Part shown: piece by piece, positions 1-9,990 of the stretch
Numbering within the stretch: the first letter of the stretch is position 1
Layout: every line of letters begins with the position of its first letter
Assembly: GCA_905480255.1 (NCBI GenBank)
Contig: CAJQPR010000067.1
Coordinates: 1,061 to 65,060, forward strand
DNA: 64,000 nt
Origin: an uncultured Woeseiaceae bacterium
GTDB lineage: Bacteria; Pseudomonadota; Gammaproteobacteria; Steroidobacterales; Woeseiaceae
Reading direction: 5' to 3'
Notes under the pieces: generated by a model
Seen by the model: the letters and a program-made list of their open reading frames with translations, nothing else
Told to the model about the DNA's origin: nothing
Database searches by the model: none
Program-made: the position numbers and the translations under genes

Positions 1-44
1 AGAGAGGATACCAGATCAGGGGTTGGCTCCGAAACACGGCGCCA

Positions 45-452
45 CTATTTGCGCTGTCGGGCCTCAACCATCAATTCGTTCAAGGCACCATCCGCCTGGT
101 CCAGTTCGGTATCGCCCGCCGCATAACGGCTCAACGACAGGATATAGGCAAGGATGTCGACATATTCTTTCTGGGACAGGTAACCCGGGTTTGACTCGGG
201 CATCGAAGTGCTCATCACGGTAAACATAATGGAGAGCGGCTGACCTTCCCAGCGTTTGAGTACCGGGCGAAAGTACTTTTTGTCGTGACAAAGCAGGCAA
301 TGTTCTTTGTAAAGCACTTCGCCAACGTCCGCCTGGTCTTCCGTATAGACGCCGTCATTGACGGTACGCGGATCAGCAGAAACGATACCGCCCAGCAAAA
401 GGCAGAGCAGGGCGGGACCAGTGGCCAAGAAAGATCTTTGTTTCATGCGCAT
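45..452 (-). CDS. Exported mono-haem c-type cytochrome
   Basis: ORF 45..500 has a single CLLCH (CxxCH) haem-binding motif, a downstream SMPES Met-ligand candidate, and a signal-like N-terminus (MRMKQRSFLATGPALLCLLLGG). Start set at Met17 (452); 446 or 500 are also possible. Confidence 0.7.
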   Translation of the reverse strand: MRMKQRSFLATGPALLCLLLGGIVSADPRTVNDGVYTEDQADVGEVLYKEHCLLCHDKKYFRPVLKRWEGQPLSIMFTVMSTSMPESNPGYLSQKEYVDILAYILSLSRYAAGDTELDQADGALNELMVEARQRK

Positions 453-683
453 TATTATCGGACTCTTTAGGGCAAAGCAGGTTCGCGGGCCACGGCCCAT
501 GAACCTGCTGCGATTATTGCCTTAATCAGCTGAACTGCCGCTTAACGCTTCGTTCCCCTGTGAATGGCGGGGTGAGAATACCCCAGGGACCGGATCAGGA
601 AAACACATTCACGGGTAACCAAGTCTATTACCGGGGTCCGTTTTGCTGTGGGTTCGGGCAGAATGGAGTAAACAGGGGGCGAT

Positions 684-1973
684 ATGGGCGTACAAAATCC
701 GGTCATAGTAATTCCCGGCATCACGGCGACGAATCTCGTCGACGATTATCCGCTGAAAGCCGACGAAATCTGGACCATGGTGTTCAACAAGGAATATGAG
801 CGGGTTGCACTGCATCCGGATGACCTGCGTTATGAAGCGATAGAGCCGGCGCATGTGGTCTCCGGCCGCGTGTTTCCTATCTACAATGACCTTATACGGG
901 CGCTCCGCCACGAACTGTCGCCCCGTGCGGATCAACCGACACCGGTCTTTGCATTTCCTTACGACTGGCGCATGGATGTGCGGGCCACAGCGAAAAAACT
1001 CGGCGCTTTCGTCGATGAGGTCCTGGCAAGAACCCGACTGCTGAAACACTATGCACGCGCCGATGATCTGAAAGTCGATCTCGTCGGACATTCGATGGGC
1101 GGCCTGGTTATTTGCGAATATTTGGCGCAGTTTCGGCGGCGGTCGAGCGTTGGCAAGGTTGTCACCATCGGCACTCCCTGGCTTGGATCGGTAGAAGCTA
1201 TCGTCAAAATGACAACGGGCATGAGCCTGATCACCGGGCCGGAACCGAAAGAGCGGGAGCGCGAGGCGGCAAGAGTTACGCCGGCTCTGTACCAGCTCTT
1301 GCCGAGTTACCCGGGTGCAACATCCAGTCCGGGCGGCGCGGATGTCGATATTTTCGATTGTAAGAATTTTCAGCCAAGCATTATTGCCAGCCTGGCCGAG
1401 TTCGTGCGGCTTTATTCCGTTTCGACCCGCAAAGCGGAGCGGCAGTCCAGGGCAGTGGCGATTCTTGAGGAAATGCTGGCCAACGCTAAAAGTCACCGGC
1501 GAAATGTAGAGAATTTTCGAACTTCGACGGCGGGCATTCGGCAGGACAACTGGCTTGCAATCCTGGGCGTGGGTGAGAAGACACGTGTTGAATTGAAGGT
1601 TGATCCATCGTCAGGCCAGCCGCGATTCCTGATCGAGGAAGAACAGTTTGTTAATGAATTAAGTCGAGGGAATCCAAAATCAATGCGGACGGGAGATGGC
1701 ACCGTGCCCCTGGCGGGCGCGATTCCGCCGTTTCTTCCCGCAAGCCGTTTAGTTTGTGTCTCGGATAAGGACCTTGAAATCCTGGAGCTCCGCGACAGAC
1801 TGCTGGCCGGACTGGGTGGTTTCCACGGGCTGTTGCCCGGAGTCAATCTTGTTCAACGGCTGGTCACCCGGCATCTTTGCCCGGGATATGGCGGCAAGGT
1901 GTGGGGTCGACGCCTTCCTGGATCGAGGTCATGGAATCCTCCGATCAGTGGCCTGGCAGAGAAATCACACTGA
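684..1973 (+). CDS. LCAT-like alpha/beta hydrolase (lipase/acyltransferase family)
   Basis: Contains the FPYDWR motif, the nucleophile elbow GHSMGG, and later GDGTVP and a His, consistent with a Ser-Asp-His triad of the lecithin:cholesterol acyltransferase-like family. AGGGGG RBS-like sequence lies upstream of the ATG at 684. Confidence 0.7.
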   Translation: MGVQNPVIVIPGITATNLVDDYPLKADEIWTMVFNKEYERVALHPDDLRYEAIEPAHVVSGRVFPIYNDLIRALRHELSPRADQPTPVFAFPYDWRMDVRATAKKLGAFVDEVLARTRLLKHYARADDLKVDLVGHSMGGLVICEYLAQFRRRSSVGKVVTIGTPWLGSVEAIVKMTTGMSLITGPEPKEREREAARVTPALYQLLPSYPGATSSPGGADVDIFDCKNFQPSIIASLAEFVRLYSVSTRKAERQSRAVAILEEMLANAKSHRRNVENFRTSTAGIRQDNWLAILGVGEKTRVELKVDPSSGQPRFLIEEEQFVNELSRGNPKSMRTGDGTVPLAGAIPPFLPASRLVCVSDKDLEILELRDRLLAGLGGFHGLLPGVNLVQRLVTRHLCPGYGGKVWGRRLPGSRSWNPPISGLAEKSH

Positions 1974-2519
1974 TCAGTTATCCAGCAAGGGAAATTCTTC
2001 GGCGATTGCGTCGCCGGTAAAATTGGCGACCCAGCCTTCGGGATTGTTGAATAACCTGATTGCGGTGAACACGGGATTAGGGCCCATGTCGAACCAGTGC
2101 TTTGTGTCGGCCGGAACCGAGATCAGGTCATCCTTCTCGCACAGCATCGAATAGACCTTGTCGTTTGCGTGAATAACGAAAAGGCCGTGGCCGCGAACGA
2201 AAAACCTGACTTCATCCTCGCTGTGGGTGTGTTCGTCGAGGAATTTCCTGCGAAATGCGTCTTTCTCAGGATGCCCCGGATTCATGCTGACCACATCCCA
2301 TGTCTGGTAGCCACCCTCTGCAACCAGCCGGTCGATTTCTGCCTGGTATGCGGCGATGATGGTCTCGCTGTCTGCATCATCGGCCAGTTCCCGGTCGGCC
2401 TTCCAGCGCTCGATCCTGATGCCGGCCTCGCCAAGCTCGGTCGTAATTTTCTCAAAATCGCCGGTGCTCATGAGTGGCGTTGCGGCGTCGTTTTCTGCGT
2501 AAATGGTCAGTTGACTCAT
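1974..2519 (-). CDS. mtnD: Acireductone dioxygenase (ARD), methionine salvage
   Basis: 181 aa with the ARD cupin signature (DEHTHSEDEVRFFVRGHGLFVIH). It lies next to mtnC and mtnB on the same strand. Confidence 0.9.
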   Translation of the reverse strand: MSQLTIYAENDAATPLMSTGDFEKITTELGEAGIRIERWKADRELADDADSETIIAAYQAEIDRLVAEGGYQTWDVVSMNPGHPEKDAFRRKFLDEHTHSEDEVRFFVRGHGLFVIHANDKVYSMLCEKDDLISVPADTKHWFDMGPNPVFTAIRLFNNPEGWVANFTGDAIAEEFPLLDN

Positions 2520-2526
2520 GATGGAT

Positions 2527-3228
2527 TTACTCCGCTACATCGTTATCGGTATTGATTATAACTTCGTCAAAACTGCCGGCGACACGATGTGTGCCGACCG
2601 CGACGTCATCATCTCTTACCAGTTGCCAGGTTTGCATGCCGGCCGCATCGGCTGCATCCAGTTCCTCTGCAACGTCCGACAGGAATAGAATTTCGCCGGC
2701 GGGAAGAGCAATTGCCGCAGTAATGTTCCGGTAGGAATCAGGTTCTTTCTTATGTCCGGTACCGGTATCGAAGTAGTCTTCAAATAACGGGGTCAGGTCG
2801 CCGCTATCGCTGTAGCCGAACAGCAGTCGCTGTGCGGCCACTGATCCGCTTGAATAGACGAAGAGCCTGATGCCTTCGGCAGACCAGCGACGCAATCGAT
2901 CGACGGCGTCGTCGTACATGTGGCCGGTGAAATCACCGCTTTCGTAGCCGCTTCTCCAGATGTGGCCCTGGAGTTCCTTGAGCGGCGTCGCCTTGCGGTC
3001 TTCATTTATCCAGGTCAGCAGTATGTCGATGACCCGATCCGTGGAAGCGTCCGCCTCGCCGGCCTCAAGCCTCGCATCGTCGAGAAGTTTCGCGACGTCG
3101 GGATGCTCGTTGTTTGAGCGGACAAATTCCGGCAATTCGCGGCTGGCATAAGGGAACAGCACGTCGTGAACAAAACTGATTGAGCTGGTGGTGCCTTCAA
3201 TGTCGGTCAAAATGGCTCGAATCGTCAT
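2527..3228 (-). CDS. mtnC: Enolase-phosphatase E1, methionine salvage
   Basis: HAD motif I in ILTDIEGTTSSISFVHDVLFPY. Start moved to Met12 (ATG 3228..3226), which forms an ATGA overlap with the mtnB stop; the ORF-track start at 3261 would overlap mtnB. Confidence 0.88.
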   Translation of the reverse strand: MTIRAILTDIEGTTSSISFVHDVLFPYASRELPEFVRSNNEHPDVAKLLDDARLEAGEADASTDRVIDILLTWINEDRKATPLKELQGHIWRSGYESGDFTGHMYDDAVDRLRRWSAEGIRLFVYSSGSVAAQRLLFGYSDSGDLTPLFEDYFDTGTGHKKEPDSYRNITAAIALPAGEILFLSDVAEELDAADAAGMQTWQLVRDDDVAVGTHRVAGSFDEVIINTDNDVAE

Positions 3229-3857
3229 GACAGTTTCGCCAGGGTTTGTTGCCACAGGCACTCGAACAGAAATTCAAACCCTTCCGTGTGCCTCAGCGCC
3301 TCCGTAGAATTTTTCCCCCACGCGTATAAGCCGTGTCCTGCAATCAGAAAACCGGGAACAGAGATGTCGCCGTCTTTCCAGGCAGCGGTCACCTCTTCTG
3401 CAAGAGCTCTCATGTCCTGATTATTGTCGAAAACCGGCACAACGGCACTTCGTTCATGTGACGTAATTCCTGCAAGTGCTTTCTGCATTTCAAAGCCGTT
3501 GATGGTCAGCTGCGGACCACTATGCATGGATAACAGAGTCGAGCTGACAGAGTGTGTGTGTAGCACTGACCCGATCGAATTATCGAGCCGGTACAGGCAG
3601 GTATGCAAGGGAGTTTCTGCAGATGGTCGTTGATCGGGATGGATCGCGCGCCCGTCCAGGTCGCAGATCATCAGCTGGTCGGAAGCGAGCCTCGATTTAT
3701 CACAACCCGACTGCGTGATAATGCAATGCGATTTATCGACACGAATTGAGAAGTTTCCACTCGTCGCCCGGCACCAGCCGCGTTCGCCAAATACGTGGCA
3801 AATGTCACAGAGTGCATTTGCATCCACCGGGAAATCGTCAACGTTCATTTCAGCCAT
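3225..3857 (-). CDS. mtnB: Methylthioribulose-1-phosphate dehydratase (class II aldolase fold)
   Basis: Motifs GWCRATSGNFSIR, LHTHS and AGHGLYAWG are typical of MtnB. It is first in the mtnB-mtnC-mtnD order. Confidence 0.88.
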   Translation of the reverse strand: MAEMNVDDFPVDANALCDICHVFGERGWCRATSGNFSIRVDKSHCIITQSGCDKSRLASDQLMICDLDGRAIHPDQRPSAETPLHTCLYRLDNSIGSVLHTHSVSSTLLSMHSGPQLTINGFEMQKALAGITSHERSAVVPVFDNNQDMRALAEEVTAAWKDGDISVPGFLIAGHGLYAWGKNSTEALRHTEGFEFLFECLWQQTLAKLS

Positions 3858-3860
3858 CCT

Positions 3861-4481
3861 TTAACCAGCCAGAATCAGGGCGGCAGTTGCGAGGATCAGC
3901 ATCGCCATGCCTGTGTTTACCCACTTCGCGAACTTTCCGGAAGACATATACCGGTTTAGTGCGTCTCCGGCGATTGTCCAGATACTGCAAGCCAGCATGC
4001 CGGTCACACAAAAGACACCGGCGATGATTATCGCGCGTTGCCAGGCCTGATCGGCAATCGCGATGTAGGCGCCCGCGCTTGATAGTGCCGCAATAATTGC
4101 CTTCGGGTTAACCCACTGAAACAAGATTGCTTCAGAAAGCCGGAACGGGCGAGATATGGGTGCCGCCTCCATTCGCGACTCCGTTTCGGCGTCCCTGATA
4201 GCCGCTTTGAAGAAGCGTAACGACATCCAGGCAAGCCAGGATGCGCCGAGAACACGAACAATGGTAATGAGCCAGGGCCAGCGGGCGACGAGTGAGCCAA
4301 GCCCAAACACGGCTGCTGACATTAGTATGATAAATCCAATCTGAATGCCAACAAGATGAGGCACAGTCCTGCGCCAGCCGAACAAGGCTCCCGATGACAT
4401 TAACAGAAGGTTATTCGGTCCCGGTGTCACTGAAGTGATGAATGCAAAGCCGATCAGGCTCACGAATAGCGCTTTATCCAC
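3861..4481 (-). CDS. LysE/RhtB family amino-acid exporter
   Basis: 206 aa and polytopic, with the N-terminal PGPNNLLLMSSG motif of the LysE/RhtB family. Confidence 0.85.
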   Translation of the reverse strand: MDKALFVSLIGFAFITSVTPGPNNLLLMSSGALFGWRRTVPHLVGIQIGFIILMSAAVFGLGSLVARWPWLITIVRVLGASWLAWMSLRFFKAAIRDAETESRMEAAPISRPFRLSEAILFQWVNPKAIIAALSSAGAYIAIADQAWQRAIIIAGVFCVTGMLACSIWTIAGDALNRYMSSGKFAKWVNTGMAMLILATAALILAG

Positions 4482-4492
4482 GAACCGGCAGA

Positions 4493-5782
4493 CTACTTCA
4501 GGTCGCTCGCTGTCATTGGCGATGACAATAGATTCTCGAAGCGTTTCCAGCGTTCGTCGATATCTGCGTTGTCGCGCTCGATATAGTTTGCGACGAGGTC
4601 CTTACCCAGGTTGTAGTTGATGACGTAGCTTCGGTAAGTATCAAAAAAATCAGTGCGTTGCCGGGCACGTTCGGGAGACGTCAGGGCATAATCAATCAGC
4701 CATTGCACTGCCTGGTCCCGGTCGATCGAACCGTTGAGATAATCCCGCGCCGCCTCATTGCCGGCATAGTCGAGTTTGGCAACGAGCGCCTGGAGTTCGT
4801 AGTAGCGATCAGCCTCTGCAGCATCGAGACCGGCGAGCGGAAACAGAACATCGCGCTCGAACTCGATTCGCTCATTACCCGGAAATGCCAAATCGATGCC
4901 GTAATTGCCGCTTCCTTCAGCGATCAACGACTGTGGACTGAAGAGCGGGTAAAGCGAAAATTCCAGCCAGCCTTTTCCCTGCACCAGGTTTTTTTCGAGC
5001 AGAGCATTAAACGTGTGATGGCCCGGGTATCCCTCGTGACAGCCAAGGTCAACCGCACGGCTGATGAATATCGGTAAATCGGTGTTGATCTGGATCAGGC
5101 TCCGGGCATCGCCCTGGTACCAGTTGTAGCCGGACCAGGGCTTGTCATTGACATATTCAATGCTGAACGATTCATTTTCCGGAAGATCAATATGCAATAG
5201 TGTTCTGCGACGACATTCGGCGATAGCAGCATCGAATACATCGGCAAGCCGATCCGGAGGGATGACGAACTGCTCCTGGAAACTCACAACCCGTTCCGAC
5301 AGGTCTCCCTCTCCGCCAAGCAACTCGTCTATATCGTTGAGTATGTTTTCGAAATAGGCGGCGTCGTGGTCGGGTGCAGCCGAATTGAACAGGCGTCTCG
5401 ACTCTTCATCGAAAGGCAGTGCCTCGCCGGCATTCAGTGCGATTCTTGTCTCCAGAGCAACAAGGCGTCCCTTCAGCCCGTCTATACGCATGCTTTCCTG
5501 CGGATCGGCTGTCTCCGGCCCGAGGGCCTCGAGCTGGTCACGCATGCGCGCCGCGCGCTTGCTGATCTCGTTCAGGGGCAGTTGAGTCTCGTTAGCTTTC
5601 TCCCGAATGTCCTCCGGCCCGAAATACGCATCCACATGCCCGTTGTCGTGCCAGCCCATGCTTAGCTCGAGAAACAGGTAATCCCTGGCCAACGAATTCA
5701 GATCGGTGACCGGTGCTGCCTGCTCCTGCTGGCTACAAGCTGCAAAAAAAACAAGCGATATAATCGAAATCCAGTGTTTCAT
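4493..5782 (-). CDS. Lipoprotein, DUF885-like putative metallohydrolase
   Basis: Lipobox signal MKHWISIISLVFFAAC and a CHEGYPGHH motif resembling the HExxPGHH signature of DUF885 proteins. The family call is from memory of the motif only. Confidence 0.55.
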   Translation of the reverse strand: MKHWISIISLVFFAACSQQEQAAPVTDLNSLARDYLFLELSMGWHDNGHVDAYFGPEDIREKANETQLPLNEISKRAARMRDQLEALGPETADPQESMRIDGLKGRLVALETRIALNAGEALPFDEESRRLFNSAAPDHDAAYFENILNDIDELLGGEGDLSERVVSFQEQFVIPPDRLADVFDAAIAECRRRTLLHIDLPENESFSIEYVNDKPWSGYNWYQGDARSLIQINTDLPIFISRAVDLGCHEGYPGHHTFNALLEKNLVQGKGWLEFSLYPLFSPQSLIAEGSGNYGIDLAFPGNERIEFERDVLFPLAGLDAAEADRYYELQALVAKLDYAGNEAARDYLNGSIDRDQAVQWLIDYALTSPERARQRTDFFDTYRSYVINYNLGKDLVANYIERDNADIDERWKRFENLLSSPMTASDLK

Positions 5783-5942
5783 ACGGTGAATCCGGGGCTA
5801 AACTAGAAAGGGGGGTGAGGCCGGACAGCATATCAGTGGCCTGCCGCCACTGGCCAAAAAAATATGATCCCTAATCAGGATTGCGGGTCATAAGCTAATG
5901 TTGCCGATATATTCGGCGATGCGACTAATCGAGTACCGGACA

Positions 5943-6746
5943 ATGCAGAAACAATCGAACCAATGGCTGATCCCGGCTCTGCTTGCAGCAGGAGCTGCCA
6001 TAGCGCTTTGGTACTACTGGGCCGGAGTAACACAGCCGACTCCCGAGTTGACTCCAGTCCCGGAGCCCGTTGCAGAGACGCCTGCGGAACCACCTGGACC
6101 AGTACATCCTCTGGCGACGGAGGACAGCGAGCCTGGGGACCAGCCGGAACTCGTACCGCTGCCGCCGCTCGATCAGAGCGATGAGTATTTGAAGCTCGAA
6201 ATCGCCGGAATTTTCGGTGACTCTGTCGATGACATGCTTGCCGAGTCCGGCTTGATAGAGCGCATTGTGGCGACGATTGATAATTTGCCCCGTTCACATG
6301 TCGCCGAACGAATCCGTCCCATTGGCGGCCTCCAGAATCCGTTTCTCGTTGACGGACAGGATGGCAGTGGTGAATATTTTATCAATCCGGACAACTACCA
6401 CCGCTATGACGCGCTGGTGACTTTGGCGAGCACCGCAGATCTTGCTTCGTTGATAGACCTCTATCGCCGGTTCTATCCTTTGTTCCAGGATGCGTATGTG
6501 TCGCTCGGCTACCCGGATGGCTACTTCAATGATCGCCTCGTACAAGTCATCGATCATCTGCTTGCGACGCCGGAAGTTGTTGAGCCGATCGAATTGGTGA
6601 GACCTCATGTTCTCTATGAATATAGTGATCCCGATCTTGAAGCCCTGTCGAGTGGTCAGAAACTGTTGTTGCGAATGGGGACGGACAACGGCAAAAAAGT
6701 TAAGGACACATTGCGCGAATTACGCGGACTCGTAACAACGATGTAA
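5943..6746 (+). CDS. Membrane-anchored DUF3014-like protein
   Basis: One N-terminal TM helix (WLIPALLAAGAAIALWYYW) plus conserved-looking blocks DNLPR, YPLFQDAY, FNDRLVQVIDHLL and GQKLLLRMG recalled from DUF3014. Start set at Met16 (5943). Confidence 0.6.
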   Translation: MQKQSNQWLIPALLAAGAAIALWYYWAGVTQPTPELTPVPEPVAETPAEPPGPVHPLATEDSEPGDQPELVPLPPLDQSDEYLKLEIAGIFGDSVDDMLAESGLIERIVATIDNLPRSHVAERIRPIGGLQNPFLVDGQDGSGEYFINPDNYHRYDALVTLASTADLASLIDLYRRFYPLFQDAYVSLGYPDGYFNDRLVQVIDHLLATPEVVEPIELVRPHVLYEYSDPDLEALSSGQKLLLRMGTDNGKKVKDTLRELRGLVTTM

Positions 6747-6821
6747 TGATTGGCGCGAACTTCAATCTATGGTCTGATTGATCGAAATAAGAATTACGAC
6801 TAGACGTCCCGGGGGGATTTC

Positions 6822-9047
6822 ATGAGATTTCTGTTACTCGCGCTTTTTGCGCTGTTCAGCGCTACTGCCTTTTCTGCTGACAACATTGTCGGTTTTGACG
6901 CTGAGGGGAGTGCCGCTCAACGCGAGATTGAGGCGCAGCTTGACCGTACTGTTGATGCCAGGGAGATGGATGGCTGGCTGAAGTTGATGTCGGCGAGGCC
7001 GCACCACGTTGGCTCGCTGGCCAGCAAGGAAAATGCCGAGTTCATAGCGGAACTGCTTGAGTCATGGGGATACGACACGGAGATAGCGGAGTATGAAATT
7101 CTGCTGCCAACGCCGAGTGTCCGTGAGGTCGAGCTGCTCGGGCCGACTCCCTACAGTGCGACACTCCGGGAAGACACGCTCGTTGAGGATCCCAGCACCA
7201 GCGTGCGCGAAACCCTGCTGGAGCCCTACAACGCATTCTCGACAGACGGTGAGGTCGAAGCCGAGCTGGTTTTCGTCAACTATGGCATGCCCGCAGACTA
7301 TGAAATCCTCGAGCGTTACGGCATCGACGTCACCGGCAAAATAGCCATTGCCAAATACGGCAGGTCCTGGCGCGGCATCAAGCCGAAACTTGCCGGAGAG
7401 AAAGGTGCAATCGGTACCATCATTTACTCCGATCCGGCAGACGATGGATATGGTGCAGGCGACGTTTATCCTAAAGGACCGTTCAAGAACGAAAGCGGCG
7501 TGCAGCGTGGCTCCGTTATGGATATGCCAACTTATCCTGGTGATGTACTGACGCCAGGTCGTGGTGCTACCAAAGGGGCGCGTCGACTCGATCGGGAAGA
7601 CGCCCGGACGATCACGGAAATTCCGGTACTGCCGATGTCTTATCGCGATGCCCTGCCATTCCTTGCCGCGATGGGTGGAGAAGTGGTGCCCGACGAATGG
7701 CGCGGTGGTCTTCCGATTACCTATCACCTGGGTCCTGGCCCGGCGCGCGTTCGCATCAAGGCAGAGTTCAACTGGGACATGGTCACCGCGTACAACGTCA
7801 TCGCCCGTCTTGAAGGCAGCGAGTACCCGGAGGAATGGGTGATTCGCGGCAATCACCATGACGGATGGAATCATGGCGCTGCCGATCCACTTTCCGGACT
7901 GGTTGCCATGCTCGCCGAAGCGAAAGGTGTTGCTGAATTGGCAGCAGCCGGCCATCCGCCTCTGCGTACGGTCATTTATGCTGCCTGGGATGCCGAGGAG
8001 CCCGGCCTTATTGGCTCGACAGAATGGGTCGAGCATCACGCGGACGATCTCAAGGAACACGCCGTTGCGTATCTGAATACCGATGGCAGCAGCCGCGGTT
8101 TTATGAATATCGGCGGCAGCCACGTTCTCGAACGCTATCTCAACCAGGTGACGGAAGAACTCGATGACCCGGTTACGGACATTACGCTGAAGGAGCGTCG
8201 CCGTGCCTACCAACAGATCAATGGCGACGACAAAGCGAAAGCCGAGGCAACCGAACGCAACGACCTGCGAATTTATCCGATGGGGTCCGGATCGGACTAC
8301 ACACCGTTTCTGCAGCACCTGGGTATAGCGTCGGCAAACCTGGGCTTCGGTGGCGAGGCATCCGACGGCAGCTACCACACGCTTTACGACACCTATGAGC
8401 ATTACATGAAGTTTCGCGATCCCGGGCTCGTTTACGGGGCCACGCTGGCAAAGGTGACCGCCCGCGCGACGTTAAGGCTTGCTAATGCGCCGCGGCTGCC
8501 GTTCGAGTTCAAGGGATTTGCCGACAATGTCGCGATGTATGTAACGGAGCTTCAGGAGCTCGCAGACAGCATGCGCAGCCAGACCGAGCAGACCAACAAG
8601 TTGATTGAGGATGGCATCTACGCCGTGGCGCTGGACCCGAACAAGTCGTTCGGTCCACCCAAGGTCAAGGCGCCAGTGCCGCATTTCAACTTTGCGCCGT
8701 TGAAGAATGCGTTGGGACGATTGCAGGAGGCTGCTGACTCCTTCGATGCCATCGCGGGTTCAAATGCGATAGCCAGCGAGGAGATCAACAGGCTGCTGTT
8801 CACGAGCGAGCGATTGCTGACAAGGGACGCAGGCCTCGATGGCAGGGAATGGTACAAGCACCATGTATATGCGCCTGGTTTCTATACTGGCTACGGCGTC
8901 AAGACGATTCCGGGCGTTCGGGAAGCGATCGAACAACGCGACTACGAAAAAGTGGGACCACAGATCGACATTGCGGCGGGCGTGCTAAACGCGATGGCGG
9001 AACGAATCGAAATCTTAAGTGAAAAAGTCCAGGGTGAATCGTCATGA
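6822..9047 (+). CDS. Exported M28 metallopeptidase with PA and transferrin-receptor-like dimerisation domains (glutamate carboxypeptidase II-like)
   Basis: 741 aa with a signal peptide. Has the zinc-site context (RGNHHDGW, AWDAEEPGLIGSTEW, GSGSDYTPF) and a C-terminal helical domain typical of the PSMA/NAALADase-like M28 subfamily. Confidence 0.8.
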   Translation: MRFLLLALFALFSATAFSADNIVGFDAEGSAAQREIEAQLDRTVDAREMDGWLKLMSARPHHVGSLASKENAEFIAELLESWGYDTEIAEYEILLPTPSVREVELLGPTPYSATLREDTLVEDPSTSVRETLLEPYNAFSTDGEVEAELVFVNYGMPADYEILERYGIDVTGKIAIAKYGRSWRGIKPKLAGEKGAIGTIIYSDPADDGYGAGDVYPKGPFKNESGVQRGSVMDMPTYPGDVLTPGRGATKGARRLDREDARTITEIPVLPMSYRDALPFLAAMGGEVVPDEWRGGLPITYHLGPGPARVRIKAEFNWDMVTAYNVIARLEGSEYPEEWVIRGNHHDGWNHGAADPLSGLVAMLAEAKGVAELAAAGHPPLRTVIYAAWDAEEPGLIGSTEWVEHHADDLKEHAVAYLNTDGSSRGFMNIGGSHVLERYLNQVTEELDDPVTDITLKERRRAYQQINGDDKAKAEATERNDLRIYPMGSGSDYTPFLQHLGIASANLGFGGEASDGSYHTLYDTYEHYMKFRDPGLVYGATLAKVTARATLRLANAPRLPFEFKGFADNVAMYVTELQELADSMRSQTEQTNKLIEDGIYAVALDPNKSFGPPKVKAPVPHFNFAPLKNALGRLQEAADSFDAIAGSNAIASEEINRLLFTSERLLTRDAGLDGREWYKHHVYAPGFYTGYGVKTIPGVREAIEQRDYEKVGPQIDIAAGVLNAMAERIEILSEKVQGESS

Positions 9048-9964
9048 ATAACTTGCGCCATATTTTGACGGTCGGGCTGATGGTCCTTTCCTGCGCTGCC
9101 ACCGGCCAGATTCTGCCTGATGTACCGGAAGGCGCCCAGGTTGTAACCCTGAGGGGAATTCCCAGGTACGCACCGGCACCCGGCGACGCGGTCACGGAAC
9201 GCCTGGCTATGGCCAAATCGGAATACGAAGCCGACGCCGACAATGCGGACAACATTATTTGGTATGGCAGGCGCACGGCTTATGCGGGGGATTACCGCGG
9301 AGCTATTGAAATATTTTCAGAGGGCATCGAGAAGTTTCCGGATGATGCACGCATGTACCGGCACCGGGGGCATCGATACATTTCCATTCGTGAGTTCGAC
9401 CGCGCCATCGCAGACCTTGAAAAAGCGGCCAGTCTCATCGAGGGAACGGAGAACGAAACCGAGCCCGACGGATTGCCGAATGCTCTCAACATTCCCGTGA
9501 GCAGTCTCCACGGCAATGTCTGGTACCACCTCGGCCTGGCCTATTACCTTGTGCAGGACTGGGACAATGCCTATCGCGCCTACAAGAACGGTTTTGATGC
9601 GGGCCGAAACGACGACAATCGCGTATCAACCACGCACTGGCTGTACATGATCCTGCAAAGAAAAGGTGACCCGGAGGCTGCGGCCAGAGTTCTCAACGCG
9701 ATCTCAGCAGACATGAACGTTATCGAAAATATGTCTTATCACAATCTGTGCCTTTTCTATAAAGGCGAGCTAAGCCTCGATGTATTGCTGGACACTGATG
9801 ATGGCGGCCCGGCCGCCGCCGCAATTATTTACGGCGTCGGCAACTGGTACTACTACAACGGCGAGACGGATCGGGGAAACTCTATCCTGCAATCGTTGCT
9901 GGAGTCGCCGTCCTGGTCTTCATTTGGCTATATCGCAGCGGAGGCGGATCTAACGGCGCGATAA
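9044..9964 (+). CDS. Exported TPR-repeat protein
   Basis: Signal peptide and several TPR-like helical hairpins (for example YRGAIEIFSEGIEKFPDDARMYRHRGHRYISIREFDRAIADLEKA). Its ATG overlaps the upstream stop as ATGA at 9044-9047. Confidence 0.65.
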   Translation: MNNLRHILTVGLMVLSCAATGQILPDVPEGAQVVTLRGIPRYAPAPGDAVTERLAMAKSEYEADADNADNIIWYGRRTAYAGDYRGAIEIFSEGIEKFPDDARMYRHRGHRYISIREFDRAIADLEKAASLIEGTENETEPDGLPNALNIPVSSLHGNVWYHLGLAYYLVQDWDNAYRAYKNGFDAGRNDDNRVSTTHWLYMILQRKGDPEAAARVLNAISADMNVIENMSYHNLCLFYKGELSLDVLLDTDDGGPAAAAIIYGVGNWYYYNGETDRGNSILQSLLESPSWSSFGYIAAEADLTAR

Positions 9965-9990
9965 TTCGCCCCCGACGCGGAGGACATGGT

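Noticed and set aside
609-1496. 295-aa ORF antisense to the LCAT-like gene. Similar long antisense or alternate-frame ORFs occur at 7062-8402, 25243-26049, 27253-27921, 30330-30893, 44094-45005, 49655-50404, 52481-53218 and 55094-56095.
   Set aside because: Each lies wholly inside a gene with clear family motifs on the other strand or in another frame. They are Arg/Pro/Ser/Cys-rich with no recognisable domains, as expected for stop-poor shadow frames in GC-rich coding DNA.
5834-5852. Hairpin CAGTGGC-CTGCC-GCCACTG followed by an A7 run, upstream of the DUF885-like gene.
   Set aside because: The homopolymer is on the wrong side of the stem for a terminator on either strand. No function can be assigned.
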